Origin: a bacterium
GTDB lineage: Bacteria; Electryoneota; Electryoneia; Electryoneales; Electryoneaceae
Direction: 5' to 3'
NCBI GenBank assembly: GCA_963675295.2
Contig: CAXXKJ010000002.1
Span: forward strand, 2,464,001 to 2,528,000
DNA length: 64,000 nt
The notes below the pieces were generated by a model, which saw only the letters and a program-made list of their open reading frames with translations, was not told the origin of the DNA and did not search any database. Position 1 is the stretch's first letter. Each line of letters starts with the position of its first letter. Positions 28,429 through 38,943 of this stretch are shown in pieces. The position numbers and the translations under genes were made by a program.

Positions 28429-30276
28429 TTACTCGTCCACCGTTTGCCGCACGCCTGGCAATGCCGGGCCGATCCGTGGCTCAACCTTCGGAATGAGCAG
28501 GATCGGATCGCCGTGAATCTGGTACTCACGTGCCATCTCGGTGGCTGGTGGATAGGTGGGGTCGATTCGAACCGCCCACCGAATGTAGTCCGCGACCTTG
28601 ATCGTGAACGTTTCCTGCCGCAGGAATTCTGCCCGTTGGATGAACATCCTCGAATAGTCACGGATGGTTTGCTGCACTAATGGGCGCTCATCTGCCCGCC
28701 GGTATACCGGACCGAGGTTCAGCCCTTCAAACAGGAAGGGGTAGGTTTTTCCCGCATACACCCGCCACAGCAACCCCTCCGGCACCAGCGGCACCTCGGG
28801 TCCCGGATCGAGCTCGGAGCTGAACAACACGCCGCTGGTCAATGACTGCTGGGCGTCCTTAATCCATGCGCTGAAGAACTGCAGGCTGGCGCGTTCACGC
28901 TGGATGGGATCTGTACTGGTTGACAGCGTTTCCCGCAACTCGGCATAACTCGCCAGCGCACGCTCGGTTTGCAGCAACGTATCCAGGTGAAACGATTCGA
29001 GATACCGGGAACAGCTCAGCAATGTCGGATCGACCAGGATCAGGTCAGGCCGAAGATCCATCGCCCGTTGCATATAGAGATACGGCGCCAGCAAGCGTTC
29101 GTGATCGGTTGTCGCGATCAGGGTTTCGTAGCGCTGGGTGGCCATCACGTTACGTGCATGAATCTGCCATAAGTCTTCGCCGTGACGGTTGATCGACGGT
29201 CCCTGAACGAACCAGATCGCGGGAATCAGCAGCCATACGGTCAGGTTCAATCCGCGCGGCAGCCGGTTGAACAGCACTGCCAGCCCGACCGTGGTCAGTC
29301 CCGCCACCAGCATCCCCACAAGGATTGCGGCGAATTGGGTGGAAAACTGGAAGAGGGATGCCAGATTGATGAAACCGAGGACCAGGATGCCGGGCACGAT
29401 CCAGTTTCGCTCGGCACGAATGATGGCAACGACGACAAACAAAAGGGCGACGGGCGTCAGCGCGTGCAGCTTGCTCCACATCAGCAGATTGAACCCGTTG
29501 AGGTCGGCTGGGATGTTCGGCGGTTGACTGAAGAGGCCGTTCAGCGTGAAAACCGGATTCAACGTTGGCAGCAGGAACAGAAACAACGGTATCAGGCCGG
29601 CCAAGAGGGCGGGAATCCACCCGGTTCTGCCGCGTCGTTGCAGCAAGAGCCAGACATGGAGTGGCAACAGGAACACCACAGCGGCGTGCGCGGTAAGCGC
29701 CAGGCCAAACAACAGTGCGGAAAGCAGGCGCGGTCGGTCGTTATCGTACTCCATCACCAGCCACAGAGACGCCAGCACCAGTGCCAACGCCAGCGGGGCC
29801 GGGTTGAGTGTCAGCGCTGCTGTCCAGGTTGTCTGTGTGATCCCGGCCAGCGTTCCGGCAAACATCGCCAGCGAACTCGCACCCCATGGCACGACACGGT
29901 TGATCCCCCGATACATGAACAGTGCGAAGAATCCGGACGCCACAGCCATCAGCACCACATTGAACCATCCAGCGATGACATGCGGCAAGATGTTTGAAAT
30001 CGGAATCGACCCCAGCAGCAGCAGGATCGTGCGGTATAACGGGGAGATCACAGCGCTGGCCGGTTCACCAGTGGCGGTGAGTACATTCGCCCATCCGGCG
30101 GCGACACCAGGACCGACAACGTTGAGTTGTGTCATCCCGTAGGCGCCGAGACTGAACAGAAACGGCACGGCGAAGATGAACCACGGGCGGGGAGTAGGTT
30201 CGGATCGGATCGTCACAGGTTTCGCTTCCTCTTGCTGCGAGAACTTAGCGGCAGGCATCCGGCACGGCAAGCCCAT
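28429..30276 (-). CDS. Multi-pass membrane protein, DUF2723/GT-C-like
   Basis: About 10 TM segments then a soluble domain with RPDLILVD and LVPEGLLWRV; true start may be GTG near 30216. Confidence 0.6.
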   Translation of the reverse strand: MGLPCRMPAAKFSQQEEAKPVTIRSEPTPRPWFIFAVPFLFSLGAYGMTQLNVVGPGVAAGWANVLTATGEPASAVISPLYRTILLLLGSIPISNILPHVIAGWFNVVLMAVASGFFALFMYRGINRVVPWGASSLAMFAGTLAGITQTTWTAALTLNPAPLALALVLASLWLVMEYDNDRPRLLSALLFGLALTAHAAVVFLLPLHVWLLLQRRGRTGWIPALLAGLIPLFLFLLPTLNPVFTLNGLFSQPPNIPADLNGFNLLMWSKLHALTPVALLFVVVAIIRAERNWIVPGILVLGFINLASLFQFSTQFAAILVGMLVAGLTTVGLAVLFNRLPRGLNLTVWLLIPAIWFVQGPSINRHGEDLWQIHARNVMATQRYETLIATTDHERLLAPYLYMQRAMDLRPDLILVDPTLLSCSRYLESFHLDTLLQTERALASYAELRETLSTSTDPIQRERASLQFFSAWIKDAQQSLTSGVLFSSELDPGPEVPLVPEGLLWRVYAGKTYPFLFEGLNLGPVYRRADERPLVQQTIRDYSRMFIQRAEFLRQETFTIKVADYIRWAVRIDPTYPPATEMAREYQIHGDPILLIPKVEPRIGPALPGVRQTVDE

Positions 30277-30349
30277 GGAAGATGGCTCGAGGCACCCACC
30301 GGGCCCCGGCTATCGTGTATATTCTGTTGGTTTTGCATGGAGAAAGACG

Positions 30350-31228
30350 ATGCGGTTGACGATGATGATTTCCGGGGAGATCCCGGAATTGTTCATTTTA
30401 ACGGATGACGGGCGGCATGTTCGTGTCGCGGATCTGCTCAAGGCAGCGGACACGGTTTCGTTTCACCTGCGCGATCCGGAACATCCTGCGATGACGGACG
30501 TTTTCCGCTCGGGGGATGTGTCCGCAAGCCTGGCGTGGCTGGAGCAACTGGCCGGATCGGCTTCAGGATTCGACATCAGCGGCTGGTCTTGGTCGGTTCC
30601 GGATACCGGCGGCTCGCTGTATTGTGTTGGCCGGAATTACGCCGCGCACGCCGCCGAGCTCGGCAACAAGGTTCCGGGCAAGCCGATGTTCTTCATGAAG
30701 TCCCGTGGCTGCCTCACCGCCAATGAATCGACGGTAAATCGTCCGGTGGAAAGCGACCGCGTGGATTACGAAGGGGAGCTGGCGCTGATCATCGGTGAAG
30801 CGTTGCGTGGGCCGATCAACGAACAACAGGCGCGCCGGGCGATTGTCGCAGTAACGTTGCTGAACGACATCTCCGACCGCGCGGAGCAGAACAAGGCGAA
30901 GGACGCTGGCAAGCCGTGGTTCCGTGCGAAAGCCCGGATCGGATTTGCGCCGATGGGGCCGTGGTTGCGTACGGTGGATAAATCGCGGGATCTGCGCGAC
31001 TTTACGTATCAGACAGTATTAAACGGTGAGGTGGTGCAAGAGGGTGATCCGTCGTTGTGGTTGTGGGATGCGGTTACGGTTGTGCGGGATTTGAGCGAAA
31101 CGTCCGGGTTGGAAGCCGGTGACGTGATCGCAACTGGTACACCTGCCGGTGTTGGACCGATGCAGGTGGGCGATGTGGTCGAAGTACGGAGCTCCGAAAT
31201 TGGAACTCTTCGGACTCTCATTGGCTAG
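30350..31228 (+). CDS. Fumarylacetoacetate hydrolase family protein
   Basis: CVGRNYAAHAAE, FFMK, DYEGEL, LNDISDR, GDVIATGTPAGVG. Confidence 0.92.
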   Translation: MRLTMMISGEIPELFILTDDGRHVRVADLLKAADTVSFHLRDPEHPAMTDVFRSGDVSASLAWLEQLAGSASGFDISGWSWSVPDTGGSLYCVGRNYAAHAAELGNKVPGKPMFFMKSRGCLTANESTVNRPVESDRVDYEGELALIIGEALRGPINEQQARRAIVAVTLLNDISDRAEQNKAKDAGKPWFRAKARIGFAPMGPWLRTVDKSRDLRDFTYQTVLNGEVVQEGDPSLWLWDAVTVVRDLSETSGLEAGDVIATGTPAGVGPMQVGDVVEVRSSEIGTLRTLIG

Positions 31229-31507
31229 CCCGGGGTACGGAGCAATCAGGGCGGATTTGTTATCAGTATTTTGGATAAATAAATAAGCAATGTTAACATA
31301 GTGTAGAAAATTGTATAGTCTTCTGCCTCTTTAATTCCGGTGAGCGTGCCGCTCGTATTCCGCAGGTTGGTTAGTTTTCGGGTAAAAACAGCTCGTGATA
31401 GTTGAAAATGCGTGATTTCGGAGGTTGACTTTTTTTGTGGGATAATGTTACATTTGTCGTGGTTCTAGATAAGTTCTCGTTTACTTTTAGCGATAAAATG
31501 CTATATT

Positions 31508-32932
31508 ATGGACACATCCACTTCGCCACAATCCTCACAATTTCGGAAGCAGGTGCTGCGAGAGGCCTTGCCTGAACTGTTGAAAGGAAACAGTTCGGAT
31601 GAGGAGATGATCCAAAGTGCCGCGAACTGGTGGCAAAGCTCTGGACCGAATTCGGTTCCTCCACGCGACTATCTCTACTACATCACGCAGCTTAACGACT
31701 ATGCACGTTGGCGCGCCTCGAAGCTCGGCCAGCTGCATGAGAGTGCCGTTTCGTATTCGGAATCGTCGTTTCTGCCGGACCCTTTCCAGCAATTTCTGCG
31801 CGAACGCTCGTACACTGTTTCCGAGTTGCCTGGCGATACGGGACTGCGGCTGGAACATGGTCTACGCACCCTGGTCGGCGATTCACGTATCTGGCGGGAT
31901 GTAATCGGTGTGGTGCAGGGGGCGGCATTCAGCGACGTACCGACGTTGATCAACGGTGAGGTTGGCACTGGCAAATCGCAAATCGCTCGTGTGATTCATG
32001 ATTCGAGCATGCGTGCGGACAAACCATTCCTCTCAATCCCTTGCCAGTTTCTGTCGCACGAACACTTCAAGCTGCAGATCCGGGACTTGATTTCAGAGTA
32101 TGCGGACGTTTCCGAGCTGCGCGGGCTGGACGCCCTGTTTTCTCAAGTCGGGACGGTGTACCTCGCGGACGTTGACCAGTTGCCGTTACAGCTACAGCCG
32201 ATTTTCGCGGAGCAATTGCGCAAGCGGCACAATCCGGAATCGCCGGGCGGTAATCCGCACACCGTACCTCGGTACATCGCGTCGACAAACGAGGACATTA
32301 ACCTGCTCGCGACGCGGCAGTTGTTCCGTCACGATCTGTTCCTCGAAATCGCGATTCTGCAGATCGATCTGCCACCATTGCGTCACCGGCGGGAAGACAT
32401 CGCGCTGCTGGCCGAGCACATCCTCGGGCAGATGGCGGCAAAATACCGGATCGAGAAGCCGGTCTTGCACATGGACACGCAGCACAAACTGGAACGGTAT
32501 CCGTGGCCGGGGAATCTGTCGGAGTTGCGAACGGTGCTGGACCGGGCACTACTGAAGACGAAACGGATTATCAAGCCGGTGCACCTGTTCTTTGATGCGC
32601 ACAACTGGTTCCCGATGAACACTCGGGACCGGGACGCGATCATCCGCGTGCTGAACGTGTTCGAGGAAGCGGATTTCCGGATTGGTGCGGCACCCATCGA
32701 GCAGCTGATTGTCTTCCTGTTGCAGAAGGATCAGTTACAGTTCAAGGCGTCTGAGCTGGCCGAGATGCTGGATGCCCGGCCGTCAACTGCCCGCAGCTAT
32801 TTGACCAATTTACGCGGGCTGGGTTTTGTAAAGAAACACGGCGACCGCAAATCGACGACGTGGAGTGTGAACCAGGCGCGGCTGCTGGGAGAGGAGCCGG
32901 GCGAGAAATCGAGTCGTGACGACGAAAGCTAG
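31508..32932 (+). CDS. Atypical sigma54-interaction (bEBP-like) AAA+ regulator with C-terminal winged HTH
   Basis: INGEVGTGKS, LPPLRHRREDI, YPWPGNLSEL; no GAFTGA. Confidence 0.85.
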   Translation: MDTSTSPQSSQFRKQVLREALPELLKGNSSDEEMIQSAANWWQSSGPNSVPPRDYLYYITQLNDYARWRASKLGQLHESAVSYSESSFLPDPFQQFLRERSYTVSELPGDTGLRLEHGLRTLVGDSRIWRDVIGVVQGAAFSDVPTLINGEVGTGKSQIARVIHDSSMRADKPFLSIPCQFLSHEHFKLQIRDLISEYADVSELRGLDALFSQVGTVYLADVDQLPLQLQPIFAEQLRKRHNPESPGGNPHTVPRYIASTNEDINLLATRQLFRHDLFLEIAILQIDLPPLRHRREDIALLAEHILGQMAAKYRIEKPVLHMDTQHKLERYPWPGNLSELRTVLDRALLKTKRIIKPVHLFFDAHNWFPMNTRDRDAIIRVLNVFEEADFRIGAAPIEQLIVFLLQKDQLQFKASELAEMLDARPSTARSYLTNLRGLGFVKKHGDRKSTTWSVNQARLLGEEPGEKSSRDDES

Positions 32933-32999
32933 TACCAGCCTGTGGAATGAACCTGGCTGGCGCAATACCCCCCTGATAGCCTGGCTATAGGCTGGACCA

Positions 33000-35147
33000 T
33001 CATTTCCAGAGCAACCAGCGCACTCCCCAGATCTCGGACCGGTGCATGTTCGGATAACCGGGGATGAACTGGTACGGCGTGCTGCGAAGATTACGCACCC
33101 CGAAGTAGGCCTCGAAATTGAAGATCCGCGCGTTGAGGATGGCGTCGTAGAGGATGGCAGCGTCCTGAGTGTAGGACGATGTCTGGTACTCGCCCCAGTA
33201 GTATGCGTTCACGGTAGCCCGGATGCGCAACTGTCCTTCGTAGTAAAAGTCCATGAAGCGCAGGCTGGCCCAGCCGTACGTCTCAGGCACAGGCGCGGTC
33301 GGGGTGATCGGTTCGGCGTAGGTGAACGACCCGGCGGCGCTGATCGGACCCCAGATCGGTGTCCACGCGTACGCCGAGGTTTCGTACGTGGTGTAGTTGA
33401 CCGTGTTCTTGCGTGTCCACGCGATGTCGGATTCAACGTAGGTGATGATCTGATCCCGCCACTGACGCACGCCGCTCATCACGTAGACTTGCCTGTAGTC
33501 CGGCCAGCCCATGGTCACACCCGCACCAGCGTAGTCCGTTTTCACCGGCTTCAGGGTCGGCTCGCCGTAGTAATAGGTTGTGTAGTCGGGGACGGGGAGG
33601 ATGTCCATCCAGCGATCGGGCGTGCGCACCGACCAGTAGCCGGCCGATTCATCCAGTCCCGGGTAACGCCAACTTGACGAGACCAACCCCAGCACGCGTA
33701 GTGAATCGGTAATGCTGTAGGTTGCGGAGGCAGACCCACCGATCAGCATCGTGTCGTCCACGTCCGTCGTATCCGGTTGCAGGCTGATGGTGGAATACTC
33801 GGTGCGCAGCGATCCTTGTAGCTCGAACGGGCCGAAGGTGTATTGATCCTCCGCGCCAATTCCAGCGGTCAAGCGGCTGGCTTGTGGGTCGATGTTGTTC
33901 TTTCGGCGGTTGAACCGTGCGGCGGTCCGTTCAACGTCCGCACGGACGGCCAGGTTGTGACCGTAAAAGCCAGCAACTCCCTGCTGCGCGCGCAGCCCGA
34001 GACGGTTGCCGTCCTCGTCACCGTACCCGAACCCGCTCTGCGAACGCACATACCACGCCGCAACCTCTCGGTACAGACTGTCACCGGGTTCGCCGGAGGA
34101 GAGGCTGATATCGATGTCATTGCGGTGGAAGCTGGAGGTTTTCGTGTCGAACGCCCGTCCCCAGCGGTCACGAGTTTCCATCCATTGCGCGGATAGGACT
34201 CCGACGTTGCGAATGGTCTGCCGTCCTCCAATGCGCAGGTGGCTGGTGTTGGCGACGGTATTGGCGTAGCGGCCTTGGAATTCGGCGATGTTGACCCCGA
34301 TGTGGTAGGCGAAGGCGTCCGTCAACTGGTTGGCGATACGCCAGTCCGCACGTCCGAGCCCGTACCAGCCTTGACGGTAGACGATCCGTGTGACCGGCAC
34401 GCGTTCATAGACGTACGGTTGCACGAGGTTGATCGTCGGACCGCTGGACATGCGGTATCCTGTCGCGGCGGGCTCGTACTCGGCGATCTGGATCTCTTCC
34501 GGGACAAAGGTGCTGAAGTTCGTCGCGCCGGTGAGCGGATCGTCGAACGGCCGCCCACGGAACCAGACGCCGACGTCACGCGGCGATCCACCGGCCGGGA
34601 CAACATAGAACGGTTGCCCGTAGATGTCCGGATGACGTGGGAAAAGGCCCGGCGCGGTGGTGATTGCCTGTCCGGCGTCACGAAAGGTGTGACGTTGGAA
34701 CTCGCGGTTGGTCAGCTTGAACGAGGTCTGCGAGCGGGTAACGGGTGCCGTCGAATCCGGCGGGATAATGGGGGGCAGCGGTTCCGGAAGCACCACCAGC
34801 GAATCGAGTGCGGCGGCGCTGTCGGCGGGCAGCGTCTCTCCGATCACCCGCAACGTATCGCCGGTCACCGAATCTACAACTACAGATTCCACCTGCAACG
34901 AATCCACCAGCAAGCTGTCGGACACACTGTCCGGTTTGACGACAACTGTGGAATCAGCCGGAGTGGTGGGGTTGCTGGACGGCGGCGGTTCCTGCCCCTG
35001 CGCCAGGTGCATCAGCAGCAGCAACGGGAGCAGCACCGAGAGCACAGAGACAAGCCGGAACCTGCGCCGGATTGATGTGTGCACGGTACGTTTCGCCGGG
35101 GATTCCGGCCCGTGGGTGGACGGTGTTGTGGATTCGTGAGTCCGCAT
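33000..35147 (-). CDS. Outer-membrane beta-barrel protein with plug-like domain (putative porin/TBDR-like)
   Basis: Signal peptide, low-complexity linker, beta-strand pattern, C-terminal IWGVRWLLWK. Confidence 0.7.
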   Translation of the reverse strand: MRTHESTTPSTHGPESPAKRTVHTSIRRRFRLVSVLSVLLPLLLLMHLAQGQEPPPSSNPTTPADSTVVVKPDSVSDSLLVDSLQVESVVVDSVTGDTLRVIGETLPADSAAALDSLVVLPEPLPPIIPPDSTAPVTRSQTSFKLTNREFQRHTFRDAGQAITTAPGLFPRHPDIYGQPFYVVPAGGSPRDVGVWFRGRPFDDPLTGATNFSTFVPEEIQIAEYEPAATGYRMSSGPTINLVQPYVYERVPVTRIVYRQGWYGLGRADWRIANQLTDAFAYHIGVNIAEFQGRYANTVANTSHLRIGGRQTIRNVGVLSAQWMETRDRWGRAFDTKTSSFHRNDIDISLSSGEPGDSLYREVAAWYVRSQSGFGYGDEDGNRLGLRAQQGVAGFYGHNLAVRADVERTAARFNRRKNNIDPQASRLTAGIGAEDQYTFGPFELQGSLRTEYSTISLQPDTTDVDDTMLIGGSASATYSITDSLRVLGLVSSSWRYPGLDESAGYWSVRTPDRWMDILPVPDYTTYYYGEPTLKPVKTDYAGAGVTMGWPDYRQVYVMSGVRQWRDQIITYVESDIAWTRKNTVNYTTYETSAYAWTPIWGPISAAGSFTYAEPITPTAPVPETYGWASLRFMDFYYEGQLRIRATVNAYYWGEYQTSSYTQDAAILYDAILNARIFNFEAYFGVRNLRSTPYQFIPGYPNMHRSEIWGVRWLLWK

Positions 35148-35271
35148 CGCGCAGAATATACATGCGGCTGTATCCTGATGCTGCTTGCTGAGGTCTCGCG
35201 GGCACGCCCCGAGCGGCAGAAAACAAAGAACGGGCGGGGGCGAACAGGTCTCCGAGTGGGTCGGGAACAGC

Positions 35272-35300
35272 TTGACTCTTTGGTAGTGGAATCCTATACT
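35272..35300 (+). promoter_or_regulatory. sigma70 promoter of groESL
   Basis: TTGACT-17 nt-TATACT. Confidence 0.85.
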
Positions 35301-35310
35301 TTCGCCCTTG

Positions 35311-35337
35311 TTAGCACTCGCCTCGAATGAGTGCTAA
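35311..35337. promoter_or_regulatory. CIRCE operator (HrcA site)
   Basis: TTAGCACTC-N9-GAGTGCTAA, perfect consensus. Confidence 0.98.
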
Positions 35338-35469
35338 CAGAAAAGCTAGTTCATACATTTCATATAGTTACGACGAACCGCAGTCTTGGTAAATCGGTCA
35401 CCGACTCATTTCCCGGGTGGATTCGTCAAAAAAGTGCAAACCGATTCGATTGATGGAGGAAGCATCACG

Positions 35470-35769
35470 ATGAACGTGCGTCCGATTGACGAGCGTGTGT
35501 TGCTCAAGGTAGTGGAGAAGGATGAAAAGACCTCCGGCGGCATCATCATTCCGGATACCGTCAGCAAGGAACGTCCTCAGATCGGCGAAGTCGTTGCCCT
35601 CGGTGATGACATCGTCAACAAGGATCTCGAGCGCAAGCCGCTGTCGCAGATTGTCAGCGTTGGCGACCAGGTGCTGTTCGCGAAGTACGGCGGCACGGAA
35701 GTCACTGTTGACGACGAAGAGTTCCTGTTGGTCAACCGCAGCGACATTCTCGGTGTGATCGAGAAGTAA
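35470..35769 (+). CDS. groES: Co-chaperonin GroES
   Basis: VRPIDERV, TSGGIIIPD, VGDQVLFAKYGGTEV; SD ggagga. Confidence 0.97.
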   Translation: MNVRPIDERVLLKVVEKDEKTSGGIIIPDTVSKERPQIGEVVALGDDIVNKDLERKPLSQIVSVGDQVLFAKYGGTEVTVDDEEFLLVNRSDILGVIEK

Positions 35770-35873
35770 CTTTGCCACCCCGTTCATTTTCGGATTGTTT
35801 CCCCGGATTGAAGTCCGCGGAAGTGATGAACGACAAAGAGATGTAGTTAAGAAAGTCTAAGGAGATAGAAAAG

Positions 35874-37508
35874 ATGGCTCACAAGATCCTTGCTTTTGAT
35901 CTCGAAGCCCGCAATGGTCTCAAGGCTGGTGTCGACCAGCTCGCGAGGGCAGTGAAGGTTACCCTCGGCCCGCGTGGCCGCAATGTTATTCTCGACAAGA
36001 AGTTCGGCGCCCCGACCGTCACCAAGGACGGCGTTTCGGTTGCGAAGGAAATCGAGCTCGAGGATCCGATTGAGAATATGGGCGCCCAGATGGTGCGCGA
36101 GGTTGCCTCGAAGACCTCGGATGTCGCTGGTGATGGTACCACCACCGCGACCGTGCTCGCCCAGGCGATCCTGAGCGAAGGTCTGCGCAACGTCGTCGCC
36201 GGCGCGAACCCGCTGATGCTGAAGCGTGGCATCGACAAGGCTGTCCGTGTCGTGGTTGACGAGCTGCACAAGCAGATGGTTGAAGTTGGTGGCAGCAAGG
36301 ACCGCATTGCGCAGGTCGGCGCGATTTCCGCCAACAACGACAGCGAAATCGGCAACCTGATCGCCGACGCGATGGAGAAGGTTGGTAACGACGGCGTGAT
36401 CACCGTTGAAGAAGCCAAGTCGATCGAGACGAGCCTCGAAGTCGTCGAAGGCATGCAGTTCGATCGTGGCTACCTGAGCCCGTATTTCGTCACCGATCCG
36501 GACAACATGGAATCGATCCATGACGATCCGATGATCCTGATCTACGACAAGAAGATCAGCGTGATGAAGGACCTGCTGCCGATCCTCGAGAAGGTCGCGC
36601 AGATGGGCAAGGCGTTGATCATCATCTCGGAAGACGTCGAAGGCGAAGCGCTTGCGACGTTGGTCGTGAACAAGATCCGTGGCACCCTGAAGATCGCCGC
36701 CGTCAAGGCTCCGGGCTTCGGTGACCGCCGCAAGGCGATGCTTGAGGATATCGCGATCCTGACCGGTGGCCGTGTGATCAGCGAAGATGCCGGCCTGAAG
36801 CTGGAAAACACCCAGCTCAGCGACCTCGGTTCCGCCAAGCGCGTGACCATGACCAAGGACAACACGACGATCGTCGAAGGTGCCGGCGAAGCTTCCGACA
36901 TCCAGGGCCGCATCGAGCAGATCAAGAAGCAGATCGAAGCGACCACGTCCGACTACGACCGTGAGAAGCTGCAGGAACGTCTCGCGAAGTTGGCCGGTGG
37001 TGTTGCCGTGCTGAACATCGGCGCCGCCACGGAAGTCGAGATGAAGGAGAAGAAGGCGCGTGTTGAAGACGCCCTGCACGCGACCCGTGCGGCGGTGGAA
37101 GAAGGCATCGTCGCTGGTGGTGGTGTTGCCCTGATCCGTGCGCAGAAGGCCCTTGAGGGTCATAAGTTCGATGGTGACGAAGACACCGGCCGGATGATCA
37201 TTCTGCGTGCGATCGAAGAGCCGCTGCGTCAGATCGCTGGCAACGCTGGTTTCGAAGGCGCTGTCGTCGTGCAGAAGGTACGCGAGAACGCATCCGCGTC
37301 TTATGGATTCAACGCGCTGACCGGCGAATTCGAAGACATGATGGAAGCGGGCATCATCGACCCGACCAAGGTCACCCGTTCCGCGCTCGAGAACGCCGCG
37401 TCGGTCGCCAGCGTGCTGGTGATGAGCGAAGCGGTTGTTTACGAAGCGAAGGAAGACAGCCCGGCTCCGGCGATGCCAGCCGGTGGCATGGGCGGCGGGA
37501 TGTACTAA
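35874..37508 (+). CDS. groEL: Chaperonin GroEL
   Basis: [22 protein letters not shown] tail. Confidence 0.99.
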   Translation: MAHKILAFDLEARNGLKAGVDQLARAVKVTLGPRGRNVILDKKFGAPTVTKDGVSVAKEIELEDPIENMGAQMVREVASKTSDVAGDGTTTATVLAQAILSEGLRNVVAGANPLMLKRGIDKAVRVVVDELHKQMVEVGGSKDRIAQVGAISANNDSEIGNLIADAMEKVGNDGVITVEEAKSIETSLEVVEGMQFDRGYLSPYFVTDPDNMESIHDDPMILIYDKKISVMKDLLPILEKVAQMGKALIIISEDVEGEALATLVVNKIRGTLKIAAVKAPGFGDRRKAMLEDIAILTGGRVISEDAGLKLENTQLSDLGSAKRVTMTKDNTTIVEGAGEASDIQGRIEQIKKQIEATTSDYDREKLQERLAKLAGGVAVLNIGAATEVEMKEKKARVEDALHATRAAVEEGIVAGGGVALIRAQKALEGHKFDGDEDTGRMIILRAIEEPLRQIAGNAGFEGAVVVQKVRENASASYGFNALTGEFEDMMEAGIIDPTKVTRSALENAASVASVLVMSEAVVYEAKEDSPAPAMPAGGMGGGMY

Positions 37509-37556
37509 GCTACGTTTCGGCGAATGTTAAGTATTCGCCAAGTATCGCCTGAATGC

Positions 37557-37588
37557 AAAGGACCGATCCGTACAGGGTCGGTCCTTTT
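37557..37588 (+). terminator. groEL terminator
   Basis: aaaggaccgatcc-gtaca-gggtcggtcctttt. Confidence 0.85.
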
Positions 37589-38074
37589 GTTGCAGATCCC
37601 GAGACCGGTAGCAGTTCTGAAACGGATGGCAGAACGGTTATAATCACAGTTGCTACGACGCCTGTAGTGGTTGATAAATCCCATGAATTCCATGGAGGTC
37701 GCTGATTGTACAAGTCGCCTAGCGATAAAATCGAAACGTGAAGCCAGGAAATCCTCGCAATTCTTAAAGCTTGGAAATGTACAAGAAATAGCGAAATACC
37801 TTCTTAAGTTTTCGGGATACGTTTTACAGAGTGTCCCGCTTCTTATGTCTGAAACACGAAAGATCCGGAACATTGTGGTACTTCATTTGCAATACGGCTC
37901 GAAGAGTCGAAAACACGAATGTGTGACGCAAGACACTTGGATCTGCGCTGCGTTCGGTGTATTGTTGGTTCTGTAAGTTAGGAATGCCTATCAGAGGACC
38001 CGGCGCTCACCGGACTGATATGGTCGATCAACGTAGAACCTGCCACGGCGCAGGGATTTTTGGAGGATGTTACG

Positions 38075-38908
38075 ATGAAGAAACTGAGTGTGTTTTCTTT
38101 CCTTGTGCTGCTGTTGGGCTTGTCGATCCTGCCGGTTTCGTCGTTCGCGGAGACGAATCCGCAGACTGAAACGGCGTGGGCGGGTGAGTATGAATTCCCG
38201 GGCAGTAACTGGGCGCTGTATTTCACCAAGATGATCCATTGCAACCCCGGTTGCGCGAATCTCGATACCTACACGCTGTGGGGCGGCCAGAACATCAATG
38301 TTGGCACGGTCAAGGTGATCAACCAGCCGTTCGGGAACGACATCTTTGTCCAGATCGAAACCCACGATGGGTGGAAGATGATCGAAACGCATGTTGGTTT
38401 CGGCAACGATCTTGAGGACATCCCCCAGAACGGTGGCGGCAACCCGATCCCCGGCCAGTTCCAGATCAATGAAACTCATGATCCTGGCGTCACGATCGTG
38501 ACGTACCAGATCCCGGTACCGGATGGCTACTGCGGTTTTGAAGGCTACATCGCGACGCATGCCGTCGTGCAGCAGGGTGGCAATGTCCAGTCGCAGCGCG
38601 GCGAGCAGATGGATGTCTTTGCGGCGTCCGAGTCGCTGCCGGCGACGTACGAACTGGCGCAGCCGTACCCGAACCCGTTCAACGCGTCCGCGACAGTCAG
38701 CGTGAACCTGCCGGAAGCGGCTCCGCTGACGGTTGAAGTGTTCAGCGTGACCGGTCAGAAGGTTGCGACGTTGGCCAATGGCGTGGTTGGTGCCGGCCAG
38801 CATGAGCTGCACTTCAACGCGACGAACCTCGCTAGCGGTGTGTACTTTGTGCACGCGATGGTTCCGGGTCACCTGAACGAGATGAAGAAGGTGATGCTGG
38901 TTCGTTGA
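38075..38908 (+). CDS. Small secreted protein with T9SS type A sorting domain
   Basis: SD ggagg, signal peptide, C-terminal PYPNPFN...LASGVYF...KKVMLVR. Confidence 0.85.
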   Translation: MKKLSVFSFLVLLLGLSILPVSSFAETNPQTETAWAGEYEFPGSNWALYFTKMIHCNPGCANLDTYTLWGGQNINVGTVKVINQPFGNDIFVQIETHDGWKMIETHVGFGNDLEDIPQNGGGNPIPGQFQINETHDPGVTIVTYQIPVPDGYCGFEGYIATHAVVQQGGNVQSQRGEQMDVFAASESLPATYELAQPYPNPFNASATVSVNLPEAAPLTVEVFSVTGQKVATLANGVVGAGQHELHFNATNLASGVYFVHAMVPGHLNEMKKVMLVR

Positions 38909-38943
38909 TACGGCGAAGTTGCACAAACGCAGAAGAAACAACG

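Noticed and set aside
31229-31507. Replication origin
   Set aside because: AT-rich, but at most one or two mismatched DnaA boxes and no dnaA/dnaN context
35338-35469. RNA thermometer in the long groES leader
   Set aside because: No fourU/ROSE-like pairing over the SD was evident; CIRCE already explains the regulation
35847-37163. Long antisense ORFs (opposite groEL, trkA, serS, guaB and others)
   Set aside because: Expected shadows of strong codon bias in GC-rich genes
37590-38060. AT-richer 470-bp gap with short ORFs after groEL
   Set aside because: No convincing ORF, repeat or RNA structure found by eye; likely a promoter region
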